Made by a program: the position numbers and the translations under genes. The notes beneath the pieces are model-generated. The model saw only the letters and a program-made list of their open reading frames with translations. It was not told the DNA's origin and searched no databases. A DNA stretch of 64,000 nucleotides from an uncultured Cellvibrionales bacterium (GTDB lineage: Bacteria > Pseudomonadota > Gammaproteobacteria > Pseudomonadales > CAWVSB01), in contig CAWVSB010000006.1 in assembly GCA_963933215.1 (NCBI GenBank), positions 112,643-176,642 on the forward strand, written 5' to 3'. Shown here one piece after another: positions 30,079-41,034 of the stretch. Each line of letters starts with the position of its first letter. The first letter of the stretch is position 1.

Positions 30079-31686
30079 ATGGTGAGCAAAAAACCAGCGC
30101 TATCAGCAAGCCCCGCAGTTGAAAAGCTTGCTGCCAATTTAGCCAAACTATCGGCTATCGGCTTACGCAATATCTTTAACACAGACACTTGTCGCCACCA
30201 AAATATGATTATTGGTGCCGCAGGCATAGAGCTTAACTACAGCCACAACCTTGTTGACCTTGAAACGATCGCGCTATTCAACCAATTATTGGCAGAGAGG
30301 GATCTAGGCACTAAAGTTACCGCACTATTTTCCGGTGAGCGCGTCAATAATACCGAAGACAGGCCAGCATTACATAGTGCAATTCGTGCAGCTATTTTGG
30401 GTCAAGAAGCGCCACACGGAGATATTATTCAAGCTGGCTATGAAAAAGCCAAAAACTTAGTAGCAAAAATTTATAATAAAGAATTTACAGCCGCAAATGA
30501 TGAAGCGCTTATCGACGTTGTCAATATTGGTATTGGCGGCTCTTACTTGGGGCCAAAGCTTGCTAGTGACGCGCTCGCTGATTACGACCAAAATAAGGTA
30601 AATATTCACTTTGTCGCTAATATTGACCCTAGTGAAATGTCAGATTGCTTAGCCAAGCTAGATCCAGACACCACCCTATTCATTATTTCATCAAAGTCTT
30701 TCGGCACCGAAGAAACACTGAGCAATGCAAAAACCGCTATTAATTGGCTTGGACAAGCTAGATTAAGCCAGTTATTTGCAGTAACCAGCAATGTAGCTGC
30801 TGCAACCAAGCTTGGAATACACGAGGATCACTGCCTGCCAATATGGGACTGGGTTGGTGGCCGTTATTCAGTTTGGTCAAATATTGGCCTGCCAGTTATG
30901 TTAAAAATCGGCTGTGACAATTTTGAGCAAATGTTAACAGGCGCTTATGCAATGGACCAACATTTTCAATCATCGACCGATGTAGCGCAGAATATGCCAT
31001 TGATGATGGCCGCCCTGGAGATTTGGCATGTTAACTTTCAAAGTTACAACTCGCTAGCCATTCTGCCATACAACTACCGCCTAAAAATGCTGCCTGATTA
31101 TTTACAGCAGCTAACAATGGAGAGTAATGGAAAGTCAGTTGATCTAAATGGGAAGCCGACTATCCATGCTACCAATCCAGTGTTATGGGGTAGCGTTGGC
31201 ACTGAAGGCCAGCACTCATTTCATCAGCTTTTGCATCAAGGCAGCGACACTATTCCTTGCGACTTTATTTTACCGATTCGATCGCTTGCGGATAATGATC
31301 AAGCGCAATTAAAATTAGTGGCAAACTGTTTAGCACAGCGACGCGCGCTGCTCAGTGGTAAAAGTCTTACTGAAGTTGCCTCAGAGCTGTTAAGTAAAAA
31401 TATAGATAGTAAAACCGTCAGTGATTTAGCGCCGCATAAAACAATGACCGGCAATCGTCCTAGCAACTTAATCACATTGGACAAAATAACGCCCCAAACC
31501 TTTGGCGCGACACTTGCCTTGTATGAGCACAAAACTTTTGCCTGTAGCGTACTATGGAACATCAACCCATTTGATCAATGGGGGGTTGAACTGGGGAAAA
31601 AAATTGGCGAAGGCTTTTACGAACAACTGCAAAGGGATCAAACTGATTTAGTCAGGGCCATCAAAAATATCGACAACCCTAATTAA
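30079..31686 (+). CDS. pgi: Glucose-6-phosphate isomerase
   Basis: 535 aa with PGI signatures (IGIGGSYLGP, SKSFGTEETL, GQHSFHQLLHQG). Confidence 0.93.
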   Translation: MVSKKPALSASPAVEKLAANLAKLSAIGLRNIFNTDTCRHQNMIIGAAGIELNYSHNLVDLETIALFNQLLAERDLGTKVTALFSGERVNNTEDRPALHSAIRAAILGQEAPHGDIIQAGYEKAKNLVAKIYNKEFTAANDEALIDVVNIGIGGSYLGPKLASDALADYDQNKVNIHFVANIDPSEMSDCLAKLDPDTTLFIISSKSFGTEETLSNAKTAINWLGQARLSQLFAVTSNVAAATKLGIHEDHCLPIWDWVGGRYSVWSNIGLPVMLKIGCDNFEQMLTGAYAMDQHFQSSTDVAQNMPLMMAALEIWHVNFQSYNSLAILPYNYRLKMLPDYLQQLTMESNGKSVDLNGKPTIHATNPVLWGSVGTEGQHSFHQLLHQGSDTIPCDFILPIRSLADNDQAQLKLVANCLAQRRALLSGKSLTEVASELLSKNIDSKTVSDLAPHKTMTGNRPSNLITLDKITPQTFGATLALYEHKTFACSVLWNINPFDQWGVELGKKIGEGFYEQLQRDQTDLVRAIKNIDNPN

Positions 31687-31696
31687 TAATCTATAG

Positions 31697-33055
31697 CTAT
31701 TGAACACCTAGCAGCGTGAGCAACTCGTCACGCTTCTCTTCCATTAGCGCTACATCTGCCCGCGACTCAACGTTAAGTCTAACCACCGGCTCGGTATTAG
31801 AGCTTCGCAAGTTAAATCGCCACTGCGCGAAGCTCATCGACAAACCATCCACATAAGACTCTTCTAAGGCCGCCCCACGATAATGGTCAGCAATTGCCAC
31901 TAACGCCCCTGCGGGGTCTTCAATAATATTATTAATTTCACCACTGACGGGGAACTGACGGGTGCATTCTTCAACCAAACCTGACAAGCCAGCCTTGGCG
32001 TCTGATACCAATTGAGCAACCAACAACCATGGAATCATTCCACTATCGCAGTAAGCAAAGTCTTTAAAATAATGATGCGCACTCATTTCACCACCATACA
32101 CAGCATCTTCAGCACGCATCCGTTCTTTGATAAATGCATGGCCAGTTTTGCACTCAACCGACTGACCACCCAAGTCTTCAACAATAGCCTGGGTATTCCA
32201 AGTAAGACGAGGGTCATGGACTATTTTCTCAGCTACACCCGAGCGCTTAAGAAAGGCCTCGGCCAGTAAGCCAACCAGATAATACCCCTCAATAAAGTCA
32301 CCTTTTTGATCAAAGAAAAAACAGCGATCAAAGTCACCATCCCAAGCAATCCCCATATCAGCATTGTGTTCAATAACTGCAGCGCGAGTAGACTCTCTGT
32401 TCTCTACCAATAACGGATTTGGCACCCCGTGAGGAAAGTTTCCATCTGGCGCATGATGGACTTTAATAAAAGTAAATGGCAAATACTGCTCTATCGCATC
32501 TATTACCGCACCGGCCCCACCATTACCTGCATTAACCACAATTTTAAGCGGCTTTAGCTTTGGCAAATTTACATAGGTGAGCAGATGTTTTATATACGCT
32601 GGACGAGTATCAAGGCTCTTTAATACCCCCTTGCCTTCAACAACACAGAACTCGCCTTGTTCAGCAAAGTGTTGGATTTCGTTTAAACCGGTATCGCCAC
32701 TGATAGGCTTTGAGTCTTCACGGACGAATTTCATGCCATTGTAATCCATCGGATTATGACTGGCTGTAACAACTATTCCGCCGTCCATTTTTTCATGGAA
32801 TGTCGCGAAGTATATTTCCTCAGTGCCGCATTCGCCGATATGAAATACATTAACCCCGGAATCTAGCAAACCATTGACCAAGGCATCACAAAGTTCAGGG
32901 CTGGTAAGACGAATATCGTGCCCGACCACTACATTTTTAGGCTTAACCACTTCGGCAAATGCCCGCCCTATACGGTAGGCAACATCTGTGTTTAATTGCT
33001 CAGGCACTCTGCCACGAATGTCGTAGGCTTTAAAACAGGTAATTTCTTTAAACAT
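31697..33055 (-). CDS. algC: Phosphomannomutase/phosphoglucomutase
   Basis: 452 aa with the active-site TASHNP, the Mg loop [10 protein letters not shown] and the [10 protein letters not shown] block. Confidence 0.9.
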   Translation of the reverse strand: MFKEITCFKAYDIRGRVPEQLNTDVAYRIGRAFAEVVKPKNVVVGHDIRLTSPELCDALVNGLLDSGVNVFHIGECGTEEIYFATFHEKMDGGIVVTASHNPMDYNGMKFVREDSKPISGDTGLNEIQHFAEQGEFCVVEGKGVLKSLDTRPAYIKHLLTYVNLPKLKPLKIVVNAGNGGAGAVIDAIEQYLPFTFIKVHHAPDGNFPHGVPNPLLVENRESTRAAVIEHNADMGIAWDGDFDRCFFFDQKGDFIEGYYLVGLLAEAFLKRSGVAEKIVHDPRLTWNTQAIVEDLGGQSVECKTGHAFIKERMRAEDAVYGGEMSAHHYFKDFAYCDSGMIPWLLVAQLVSDAKAGLSGLVEECTRQFPVSGEINNIIEDPAGALVAIADHYRGAALEESYVDGLSMSFAQWRFNLRSSNTEPVVRLNVESRADVALMEEKRDELLTLLGVQ

Positions 33056-33069
33056 TAATAACTCGCATA

Positions 33070-33900
33070 TTATGATTCTTTAGAATAGACGTTTTCATAG
33101 ACATAATTAGTCGCCTCAACAAATCCATCAACACTACCGCAATCAAAACGCTTTCCTTTAAACTGGTAAGCGATTACACAACCATTTTTTGCCTGCGTCA
33201 TCAGTGCATCGGTAATTTGAATTTCACCATTTTTCCCCGCTGGGGTGTTTGCAATTATTTCGAATATATCTGGGGTCAAGATATAGCGTCCAATAATCGC
33301 CAGATTACTCGGCGCGTCTTCTGGCTTTGGTTTCTCAACCATATTGTCGACGCGATACAAACCTTCACTTAGACTGATTCCAGCAATAACACCGTATTTA
33401 TGCGTCTCATCGGCGGGGACTTCTTGAATGGCAACTATGCTGCAACGAAACTGATTATATAGCTTGGCCATCTGAGCCATCACCCCGTCGCCGTCATTGA
33501 AACAGAGGTCATCCGCCAGAATCACCCCAAATGCCTCGTTACCAATTAGCGTTTTACTGGTAAGAATCGCATGACCTAAGCCTTTCATTTCACGCTGGCG
33601 GGTAGCAGAAAAAGTTGCGGTATCTAATATCTCGCGAATACCATCAAGATAATACTCTTTGCCAGACCCTTGAATCTGATGCTCCAGCTCATAGCTCACA
33701 TCAAAGTGGTCCATAATGGCACGTTTCCCACGACCAGTTACAAAACCGATATCAGTCATCCCAGCCTGTATAGCCTCCTCTACGCCATACTGAACTAAGG
33801 GTTTGTTGACGATCGGCAGCATCTCTTTCGGCATTGATTTTGTTGCAGGTAAAAATCGAGTTCCATAGCCAGCAACAGGGAACAAACATTTTTTAATCAT
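33070..33900 (-). CDS. galU: UTP--glucose-1-phosphate uridylyltransferase
   Basis: 276 aa. N-terminal [24 protein letters not shown] is a full-length GalU match. Confidence 0.93.
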   Translation of the reverse strand: MIKKCLFPVAGYGTRFLPATKSMPKEMLPIVNKPLVQYGVEEAIQAGMTDIGFVTGRGKRAIMDHFDVSYELEHQIQGSGKEYYLDGIREILDTATFSATRQREMKGLGHAILTSKTLIGNEAFGVILADDLCFNDGDGVMAQMAKLYNQFRCSIVAIQEVPADETHKYGVIAGISLSEGLYRVDNMVEKPKPEDAPSNLAIIGRYILTPDIFEIIANTPAGKNGEIQITDALMTQAKNGCVIAYQFKGKRFDCGSVDGFVEATNYVYENVYSKES

Positions 33901-33902
33901 TT

Positions 33903-35312
33903 TTATTTCTCTCGTCCGTATATATCTTCAAAGCGCACAATGTCATCTTCACCTAAATAGCTGCCTGTCTGCACCTCTATAATTTCTAAAGGTACCACCC
34001 CAGGGTTAGTCAATCTATGTTTATGCCCTAATGGGATATAAGTTGATTGATCTTCCGCTAATAACAATTCATTGCCGTTACATTCAACCAAACCAGTACC
34101 CTGAACCACAACCCAGTGTTCCGCTCGATGGTGATGCATTTGTAGCGACAAGCGTGCACCAGGGCTAACAATAATACGTTTTACCTGAAAACGACCGGCA
34201 TTAACTAAAGACTCATAAGAACCCCAAGGACGGTAAACTTTAACATGAGTATGGGCCTCTGATCGCTTGGCACCTTTTAGACGATTAACAATGTCTTTGA
34301 CATTTTGCACAGAGTGGCGATCAGCTACTAACACTGCGTCGGCGGTTTCAACCACCACTAAGTCCTCAACCCCTACTGTGGCAACAAGACGAGATTCACT
34401 ACGAACATAGCTGTTTTTAGTCGCCGCAAGCTCTACGTCACCGCGGGTAACATTACCGTCTGCGTCTGTATTGCCTATTTCCCATAACGCCGACCAAGCC
34501 CCTACATCACTCCAGCCGGCCGCCATTGGAACCACTACCGCAGCGGCTGTTTTCTCCATTACTGCATAGTCAATTGACTCACTGCGACACTGAGCAAAAG
34601 CCTTTGCGTCTAAACGAATAAAATCTAAATCCAATACTGCTTTTTCATAAGCACTGTTAGAGGCGTCAAAAATATCAGCTGCATATTTTTTTAGCTCAGC
34701 CAAATATTTTTCTGCCGGCAGCATAAACATGCCGCTATTCCAGAGATAGCCGCCATCATCAAGATATGACTGCGCGGTTTCAGCATCTGGCTTTTCGACA
34801 AACTCAGCTACCTTAAAACCTTCTCCCTCGGCCTCACCACGACGAATATAACCAAACCCTGTCTCTGGCGCTGTTGGCACAATGCCAAAGGTTACCAAAG
34901 CACCTGTTTCAGCCAATGCCATGCCGCTAGTAACACATGCCCGAAAACTTTCAGGATCTTCAATAACATGATCAGCGGGCAACACTAACAGCACTGCATT
35001 GGGGTCATTTTTTAATGCTTGAATCGCAGCGATCGCAACAGCTGGGGCAGTATTTTTACCTGCTGGCTCCAACACCACAGAAGCGCCAGTTATTCCAGCT
35101 TCGCGCAGTTGTTCTGCCACAATAAACCGATGCCCTTCATTGCACACGACTATCGGGGCTGCTGCCTCAACACCATCCAACCGAGCAAAAGTTTCCTGCA
35201 ATAAACTCTTATTAACATCGACTAATGGCAGAAACTGTTTTGGGTAAGATTCGCGAGAAACAGGCCACAAGCGACTACCAACACCACCGGATAAATATAC
35301 TGGGTATAACAT
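33903..35312 (-). CDS. manC: Mannose-1-phosphate guanylyltransferase / mannose-6-phosphate isomerase (bifunctional type II PMI-GMP)
   Basis: 469 aa. N-terminal nucleotidyltransferase (LSGG.GSRLWP.SR...PKQF) and a C-terminal cupin (RPWG.Y......F.VKRI.V.PG..LS.Q.HHHR.EHW). Confidence 0.9.
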   Translation of the reverse strand: MLYPVYLSGGVGSRLWPVSRESYPKQFLPLVDVNKSLLQETFARLDGVEAAAPIVVCNEGHRFIVAEQLREAGITGASVVLEPAGKNTAPAVAIAAIQALKNDPNAVLLVLPADHVIEDPESFRACVTSGMALAETGALVTFGIVPTAPETGFGYIRRGEAEGEGFKVAEFVEKPDAETAQSYLDDGGYLWNSGMFMLPAEKYLAELKKYAADIFDASNSAYEKAVLDLDFIRLDAKAFAQCRSESIDYAVMEKTAAAVVVPMAAGWSDVGAWSALWEIGNTDADGNVTRGDVELAATKNSYVRSESRLVATVGVEDLVVVETADAVLVADRHSVQNVKDIVNRLKGAKRSEAHTHVKVYRPWGSYESLVNAGRFQVKRIIVSPGARLSLQMHHHRAEHWVVVQGTGLVECNGNELLLAEDQSTYIPLGHKHRLTNPGVVPLEIIEVQTGSYLGEDDIVRFEDIYGREK

Positions 35313-35400
35313 TAAACTAGAGCTCCATTGTCTTGGAATTGAATTCCGATCTAAAACTTTATTTGCCTACCCTGTCGCTACAGGGCGCTTGAAGTATAAC

Positions 35401-35426
35401 AGCACAACCCACATATGTGTTAAGCT
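35401..35426. promoter_or_regulatory. Palindromic candidate FabR/DesT-type operator upstream of fabA
   Basis: AGCACAACCCACATATGTGTTAAGCT: a perfect 10-bp palindrome CACATATGTG (35410-35419) flanked by AGC...GCT, 40 bp upstream of the fabA start. Confidence 0.35.
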
Positions 35427-35465
35427 AGGGTCCTATAACAATATCCAACAGAGAGAACTTATACT

Positions 35466-35990
35466 TTGCCTTTAACAGACCAACATTCGTTTAGCACACA
35501 AGAATTAATTGATTGCGGACACGGCAACCTATTTGGAGCTGGCAACGCTAAATTACCTACCGACAACATGCTGATGGTAGATAGAATTAACCTCATAACC
35601 TTGGAAGGCGGCAAATATGGCAAAGGCCAAATACAAGCCGAGCTAGATATTAATCCTGACTTATGGTTCTTTGACTGTCATTTTCCCGGCGATCCAGTAA
35701 TGCCTGGCTGCCTAGGCTTAGATGCCATGTGGCAACTAGTTGGTTTTTTTCTAGCATGGAAGGGCAATCCTGGTCGCGGCAGAGCATTGGGGGCTGGCGA
35801 CATAAAGTTCACCGGACAAGTATTACCGACGGCGAAAAAAGTTAGCTACCAGATTGACTTAAAGCGCGTTATTGAACGTAAATTAGTTATGGGAATAGCT
35901 GACGCTACGCTAACCTGCGACGGCAAGCAAATATACCAAGCAAATGACCTAAGAGTCGGCGTGTTCACTAATATGGATGCAATGAGCTAG
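35466..35990 (+). CDS. fabA: 3-hydroxydecanoyl-ACP dehydratase/isomerase
   Basis: 174 aa, nearly colinear with E. coli FabA ([34 protein letters not shown]). TTG start. Confidence 0.95.
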   Translation: MPLTDQHSFSTQELIDCGHGNLFGAGNAKLPTDNMLMVDRINLITLEGGKYGKGQIQAELDINPDLWFFDCHFPGDPVMPGCLGLDAMWQLVGFFLAWKGNPGRGRALGAGDIKFTGQVLPTAKKVSYQIDLKRVIERKLVMGIADATLTCDGKQIYQANDLRVGVFTNMDAMS

Positions 35991-36030
35991 AGCATCATTT
36001 AAACTGGCATAAATATAAACCGAGGCAACT

Positions 36031-37251
36031 ATGAGACGGGCAGTAATTACAGGCATGGGCGTAGTTTCATGTATCGGCAATGATCTTGAAACCGTAAAAC
36101 AATCCCTCATTGATGGTAAATCGGGCATTCAATTCATGCCTGAGTACAAAGAAATTGGGATGCGCAGCCACTTATGTGGCAAAGCAGAAATCGATGCGAA
36201 AGAACTAATCGATAGAAAAACCTTACGTTTTATGGGTGAGGCGGCAATTTATTCTTATGTTGCCATGCAACAAGCCATTGATGATTCGGGCCTAACTGAA
36301 GAGCAAGTATCTAACCCTCGCAGCGGTATAATCGCCGGTTCTGGCGGGGCCTCGGCGGAAAATATTGTAGAGTCAGCTGATATTGTTAGAGCCAAAGGCG
36401 TTAAACGTGTTGGTCCCTATCGAGTTACTCAAACCATGGGGTCAACTGTGTCCGCATGTCTAGCAACACCGTTCAAAATCAAAGGCGTTAACTACTCAAT
36501 TTCTTCAGCTTGCGCCACTAGCGCTCACTGCATCGGCGCTGGATTAGAGCAAATACAACTTGGCAAACAAGACATTATCTTCGCTGGCGGCGGGGAAGAA
36601 GAACACTGGACACTGTCCTGTCTGTTCGACGCTATGGGAGCACTTTCAACTAAATACAATGACACCCCAGAGCAAGCCTCGCGTGCCTATGACGCTAACC
36701 GCGATGGCTTTGTAATCGCCTCTGGTGGCGGCATGGTTGTGATAGAAGAACTAGAACACGCCAAAGCTCGCGGCGCAAAAATATATGGCGAAATAGTCGG
36801 CTATGGCGCTACATCAGACGGCTATGACATGGTAGCTCCAAGCGGTGAGGGCGCCACTCGATGCATGCAACAGGCAATGTCGACAGTGAGCGGTGACATT
36901 GACTACATTAACTCCCATGGCACCTCGACACCGGCTGGCGATATGGCAGAACTAAAGGCCGTAAAAGCTGCATTCGAGGGTAAAACAATACCTAAAGTAA
37001 GCTCGACTAAATCACTGGCGGGGCATTCACTTGGCGCCACCGGCGTACTAGAAGCGATCTTCAGTCTAATCATGATGGAGAATAACTTCATCGCGGCATC
37101 AGCCAATATTGACGACTTAGATCCTGAAGCCGGCGATATACCCATCGTCACTAAGCGGGAAGACAATGTCACGCTAAACCGGATTATGTCTAATAGCTTC
37201 GGATTTGGTGGAACCAATGCAACTTTAGTATTTGAACGCTACACCGACTAA
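36031..37251 (+). CDS. fabB: 3-oxoacyl-ACP synthase I
   Basis: 406 aa with the KAS I active-site Cys block ([14 protein letters not shown]) and the His blocks. Lies immediately downstream of fabA. Confidence 0.93.
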   Translation: MRRAVITGMGVVSCIGNDLETVKQSLIDGKSGIQFMPEYKEIGMRSHLCGKAEIDAKELIDRKTLRFMGEAAIYSYVAMQQAIDDSGLTEEQVSNPRSGIIAGSGGASAENIVESADIVRAKGVKRVGPYRVTQTMGSTVSACLATPFKIKGVNYSISSACATSAHCIGAGLEQIQLGKQDIIFAGGGEEEHWTLSCLFDAMGALSTKYNDTPEQASRAYDANRDGFVIASGGGMVVIEELEHAKARGAKIYGEIVGYGATSDGYDMVAPSGEGATRCMQQAMSTVSGDIDYINSHGTSTPAGDMAELKAVKAAFEGKTIPKVSSTKSLAGHSLGATGVLEAIFSLIMMENNFIAASANIDDLDPEAGDIPIVTKREDNVTLNRIMSNSFGFGGTNATLVFERYTD

Positions 37252-37262
37252 CCAAATAAGCG

Positions 37263-38159
37263 CTATTGATCGGCGCTATCAGAGTTACTCTGATAGCGCT
37301 TCTTTATTGCTGTCGTTAATGCTGAACGCCATGTACGCTGCTTAACACCGAATGCTTCTAGGATCTTCTCGCAATCTAATAGCGGATATTTGGTAGCACC
37401 TTGATCAGACAGCTCGTCAACTTCAATTAGCTGGACCTCGTCTAAATCAACCTCTCCATACTGAGAAGCCAACGCAATCAAGGTATCAGTAAACGCCATA
37501 CTACTGGTTACTTCTGAACCACTATAGTGGTAGACCCCCCAGCAGTCAGCGCCATAATATAACTGCCAGACAACAGTATTTATAACTCGCGCTAAATCTT
37601 CTGCTGGCGTTGGTGCCCCGTCTAAATCCGCCTTCAGTCTGATTTCACGGCCACTTTCAACATACGTTAGAAGCCGATCAAGAAAACCCCCTGGTTTCGA
37701 ACCAAACACCCAGCCACTGCGCAATATAAAGGCACGACTAACACTGTCCTGAATTATTTTTTCAAGCTTATAAAGCCTACTACCCGCATCATTAGTGGCA
37801 TTAATTTCATCAGCTTCTGCATATGGAGTTTCTTTGCAGCCGTCAAATATCTGCGAACTTGAAATATGTACTAATGCCGCATCAACCGACTCCACCGCCA
37901 CTGCCAATGCTTCAACCCACTGCACGTGAGCATCGTCCACTGCGCCAATGTAAGCTAGGCCAGGGGTGTAACAATTAACCACAAAATCGGGCATGTGTTT
38001 AACCAGTGCTTCGCCAGCACCCTCAATATTACTCTTGGTCAGCGCAATACAGTCTATTGTCTCTTGCGCTAATAATAGCTCGCACAAGTCATGACCAATT
38101 GAACTATCAGAACCTAAAACTAAAACCTTCACAGCGACCCTTAACATTGTATATAACAA
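37263..38159 (-). CDS. RmlD-like NAD(P)-dependent sugar-nucleotide reductase/epimerase-fold protein
   Basis: 298 aa. N-terminal Rossmann-like KVLVLGSDSSIGHDL and overall RmlD-substrate-binding-domain-like layout. The start codon is uncertain, with several in-frame candidates. Confidence 0.5.
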   Translation of the reverse strand: MLYTMLRVAVKVLVLGSDSSIGHDLCELLLAQETIDCIALTKSNIEGAGEALVKHMPDFVVNCYTPGLAYIGAVDDAHVQWVEALAVAVESVDAALVHISSSQIFDGCKETPYAEADEINATNDAGSRLYKLEKIIQDSVSRAFILRSGWVFGSKPGGFLDRLLTYVESGREIRLKADLDGAPTPAEDLARVINTVVWQLYYGADCWGVYHYSGSEVTSSMAFTDTLIALASQYGEVDLDEVQLIEVDELSDQGATKYPLLDCEKILEAFGVKQRTWRSALTTAIKKRYQSNSDSADQ

Positions 38160-38230
38160 TAAACATTCGCTACAAAATAACCTGTAATCGCAGCGACATC
38201 AAATGGCAGTTAACAAACCTTGCTGACAAT

Positions 38231-38258
38231 AAAAAAGGCCTGTAAAAACAGGCCTTTT
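38231..38258 (-). terminator. Rho-independent terminator after ssb
   Basis: Stem ggcctgt/acaggcc with a 4-nt loop, and a T6 run on the minus strand. Confidence 0.8.
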
Positions 38259-38275
38259 GCTAAGCTGAAGTAATC

Positions 38276-38740
38276 CTAGAACGGAATATCATCATCAAAA
38301 TCATCCATTGCTGCCGGCACTGGCGCGGCTTGCTGCTGCGCCGGTTGCTGCTGAGGAGTCTGGTTTGAATACTGTCCAGCAGGCGCGGCCATTCCGCCCT
38401 GCCCACCTTTACTGTCAAGCATCTGCATTTCACCGCCAACGATTTCAGTGGTATAACGTTTCACGCCATCTTTTTCCCACTCGCGAGTACGCAGCGAACC
38501 TTCAATATAAACTTTTGAGCCTTTTTTCAAATACTCACCAGCAATTTCTGCTAGGCGATTAAAAAATACCACTCGGTGCCACTCGGTGCGCTCTTGCGGC
38601 TGGCCAGTCTGCTTGTCTTTCCAAGTCTCTGAAGTAGCAATGGTTAAATTAGTTACCGCACCTCCAGATGGCATATACCTTGTTTCGGGGTCCGCTCCAC
38701 AATTTCCAATTAAGGTTACTTTATTAATACCCCTAGCCAT
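38276..38740 (-). CDS. ssb: Single-stranded DNA-binding protein
   Basis: 154 aa. [19 protein letters not shown] fold, a Q/P/G-rich linker and the C-terminal DDDIPF tip. Confidence 0.97.
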   Translation of the reverse strand: MARGINKVTLIGNCGADPETRYMPSGGAVTNLTIATSETWKDKQTGQPQERTEWHRVVFFNRLAEIAGEYLKKGSKVYIEGSLRTREWEKDGVKRYTTEIVGGEMQMLDSKGGQGGMAAPAGQYSNQTPQQQPAQQQAAPVPAAMDDFDDDIPF

Positions 38741-38828
38741 ATCTTATCCTCTCTTGAGCTGCTGTATGATCTTCGCCTAACAATAGACGGAGTGAATTTT
38801 TATTATGCAAAAACAAACTATAACCGAA

Positions 38829-40217
38829 TCAACCATGCCCCGCCATCACCCGATCAAACGAAGCTCTATTAAACTGAGTTGGGCATGTTTTAAGGTACAT
38901 AAGCTCTGCAGATGAATCGATCATCACATCTAAAACACCCTCGATTACCAGTAAGCTGTCAGTCAATTTTTCTAGTGCTAAGCCTTTATCATTAAGTGAA
39001 ATAACGATAGTTTTCCCCACTGCAGGCACCGACATTCCCAACGCAACTAACAACCATGCAAGTAACACCAAGCCACATAAGATGAATATCGCAACCGGCC
39101 CATAAAAGGCCATCGCTAAACCGCTTAAAGCACCACCGGTAAAAATGCCTAAAAATTGACAGGTCGAGTACACCCCCATGGCAGTGCCTCTGCCGCCAGC
39201 AAACACTTGCCGACTTACCATTGATGGCAACAAGGCCTCTAGCAAATTAAAACCGACAAAAAATACAAATAGCGCTGCAACTAGTACAATACCATTGGCT
39301 GCCCCCAATGCTAATAATAATAACGCCGCTAATAATACCGCCACCGCACCACAAAATACCCGTTTCAAATTGCTATTCTTATCGGCATAAATCATTGCTG
39401 GCAACATTAAGGCAAACGACAAACCCAGCACCGGCAAATACACTTTCCAATGGGCCTGAACATTAACGGCTAACACATCGACTAACAGTATTGGGATAAT
39501 TGAAAATAATGCCGTCAACACAAAATGTAAGCTGAATATACCAAAATTCAACCGCAGTAAATCCTTATCAGCCAGCACCCGGCCGAACAGCTCCTTGGCA
39601 GGACTAACTTCTTTATTGACTATTTTAGGCTGTGAAGGAACCGCAAACCACAACAACCCAATGGCAAATAGTGACAATACGGCGGTAAACCAGAACAACC
39701 CAACCAAACCAAAGCTGGCGGCAACTAACGGCCCCAGAATTAACGACAGGGCGAAGGTAAGGCCAATACTCATCCCTATCGCCGCCATCGCCTTACTGCG
39801 CTGCTCCTCACGTGTTAAGTCGGCCACCAACGCTAGTACTGTGCTGGCAATCGCTCCCGCACCCTGTATCGCTCGTCCAATAACAACGCCAACCGCGGTA
39901 TCAGCAGTGGCCGCAACCACACTACCAATGAAAAAAACAAGCAGCCCAATAGTGATAACAGGCTTACGCCCCCAGCGGTCAGACCATAAGCCAAACGGAA
40001 TCTGCAGCAATGCCTGAGTTAAGCCATAAGCGCCCAAGGCAAGCCCCAACATAGCGGGGGAATAACCAGGGTAGGCACTCAGATAGATAGCGATAACTGG
40101 CAATACCATAAACAAGCCGAGCATACGCACTGCATACAGCGCCCCTAGTGATGCCACGGCAGTGCGCTCGGCAGCAGTCATCGCCGGTGAATGGGGAACA
40201 ATATTAGCTGGCATCAA
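38829..40217 (-). CDS. MFS transporter with a C-terminal soluble extension
   Basis: 462 aa with about 12 TM segments and the MFS loop motif (WSDRWGRKP). About 65 non-membrane residues follow the last TM. Confidence 0.85.
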   Translation of the reverse strand: MMPANIVPHSPAMTAAERTAVASLGALYAVRMLGLFMVLPVIAIYLSAYPGYSPAMLGLALGAYGLTQALLQIPFGLWSDRWGRKPVITIGLLVFFIGSVVAATADTAVGVVIGRAIQGAGAIASTVLALVADLTREEQRSKAMAAIGMSIGLTFALSLILGPLVAASFGLVGLFWFTAVLSLFAIGLLWFAVPSQPKIVNKEVSPAKELFGRVLADKDLLRLNFGIFSLHFVLTALFSIIPILLVDVLAVNVQAHWKVYLPVLGLSFALMLPAMIYADKNSNLKRVFCGAVAVLLAALLLLALGAANGIVLVAALFVFFVGFNLLEALLPSMVSRQVFAGGRGTAMGVYSTCQFLGIFTGGALSGLAMAFYGPVAIFILCGLVLLAWLLVALGMSVPAVGKTIVISLNDKGLALEKLTDSLLVIEGVLDVMIDSSAELMYLKTCPTQFNRASFDRVMAGHG

Positions 40218-40420
40218 TAAGAAAACACTGAAATTTAAAGAGTAGCAATATTAACAGTAAATACATGGGTAAGAAACGATTACACCACGATATAAAATAT
40301 TACTGGCAACCACTACCTGAACAGGTGAGTTACAACAACACTCAAGGCTCTATAGTCATCGATGCAATAGCATCAACTGCTTCACGGATGTAGCAGTGAA
40401 ACCACAAAGGAGTGCCACTT

Positions 40421-40933
40421 ATGGACAATAATAGTCTCCCTCAAAAAACCCGACAGCGCGGCATAACACTGTTAGACCTAATAATAACGCTCAGTATTTC
40501 AGCAATCTTATCTACTGCCGCTGTGTCGGGCCTAGCTCAGCTCAAAACTAACTTTGCGGCATCGGCAGACAAGAACAGCTTGCTAACACTGGTCAAAGCA
40601 GCACGCTATACTGCAATAACTAATAATACTTACACCACAATTTGCCACCTTGAAAATAATGAATGCGCTGATTTTGCAAGCCCACTAACAGCTTTCGCCG
40701 ACCGCAATAACAATAAAACTCTTAATGCTGATGAAACAATAATCGCAATAGCAACAATAGACCAGAGCGCAACTGTTTATTGGAATCGTAATAAGCGTAT
40801 TAGATTTGAACCCAATGGCCGCGCAGGAGGATTTAATGGCACCCTGAGATATTGTGGTGAAAGTAAAATTTTTAAACTAATTATTTCTAGAGTTGGCAGA
40901 TCACGCATAAGTGACGCTGATTTATGCGACTAA
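40421..40933 (+). CDS. fimT: Type IV pilus minor pilin FimT (GspH/FimT family)
   Basis: Prepilin-like leader ...QRG/ITLLDLIITLSISAIL, a GspH-like body and a C-terminal GRSR. First gene of the minor-pilin cluster. I prefer ATG 40421 (RBS AAGGAG 8 nt upstream) over GTG 40412. Confidence 0.75.
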   Translation: MDNNSLPQKTRQRGITLLDLIITLSISAILSTAAVSGLAQLKTNFAASADKNSLLTLVKAARYTAITNNTYTTICHLENNECADFASPLTAFADRNNNKTLNADETIIAIATIDQSATVYWNRNKRIRFEPNGRAGGFNGTLRYCGESKIFKLIISRVGRSRISDADLCD

Positions 40934-41034
40934 CTCTCCACTCATCCTAGTATTTTTACCTATTATCCGGCTAAAGTTGGCATTCGTTGCTGACTGAAAT
41001 ATAACGTAGTTTAAAACCGATGGCATAGAGCTAG

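Noticed and set aside
40978-40991. TGGCAT-N4-TTGC upstream of fimU, considered as a sigma54 (-24/-12) promoter.
   Set aside because: The GG-to-GC spacing is two nucleotides shorter than the canonical TGGCAC-N5-TTGC geometry, which sigma54 does not tolerate.
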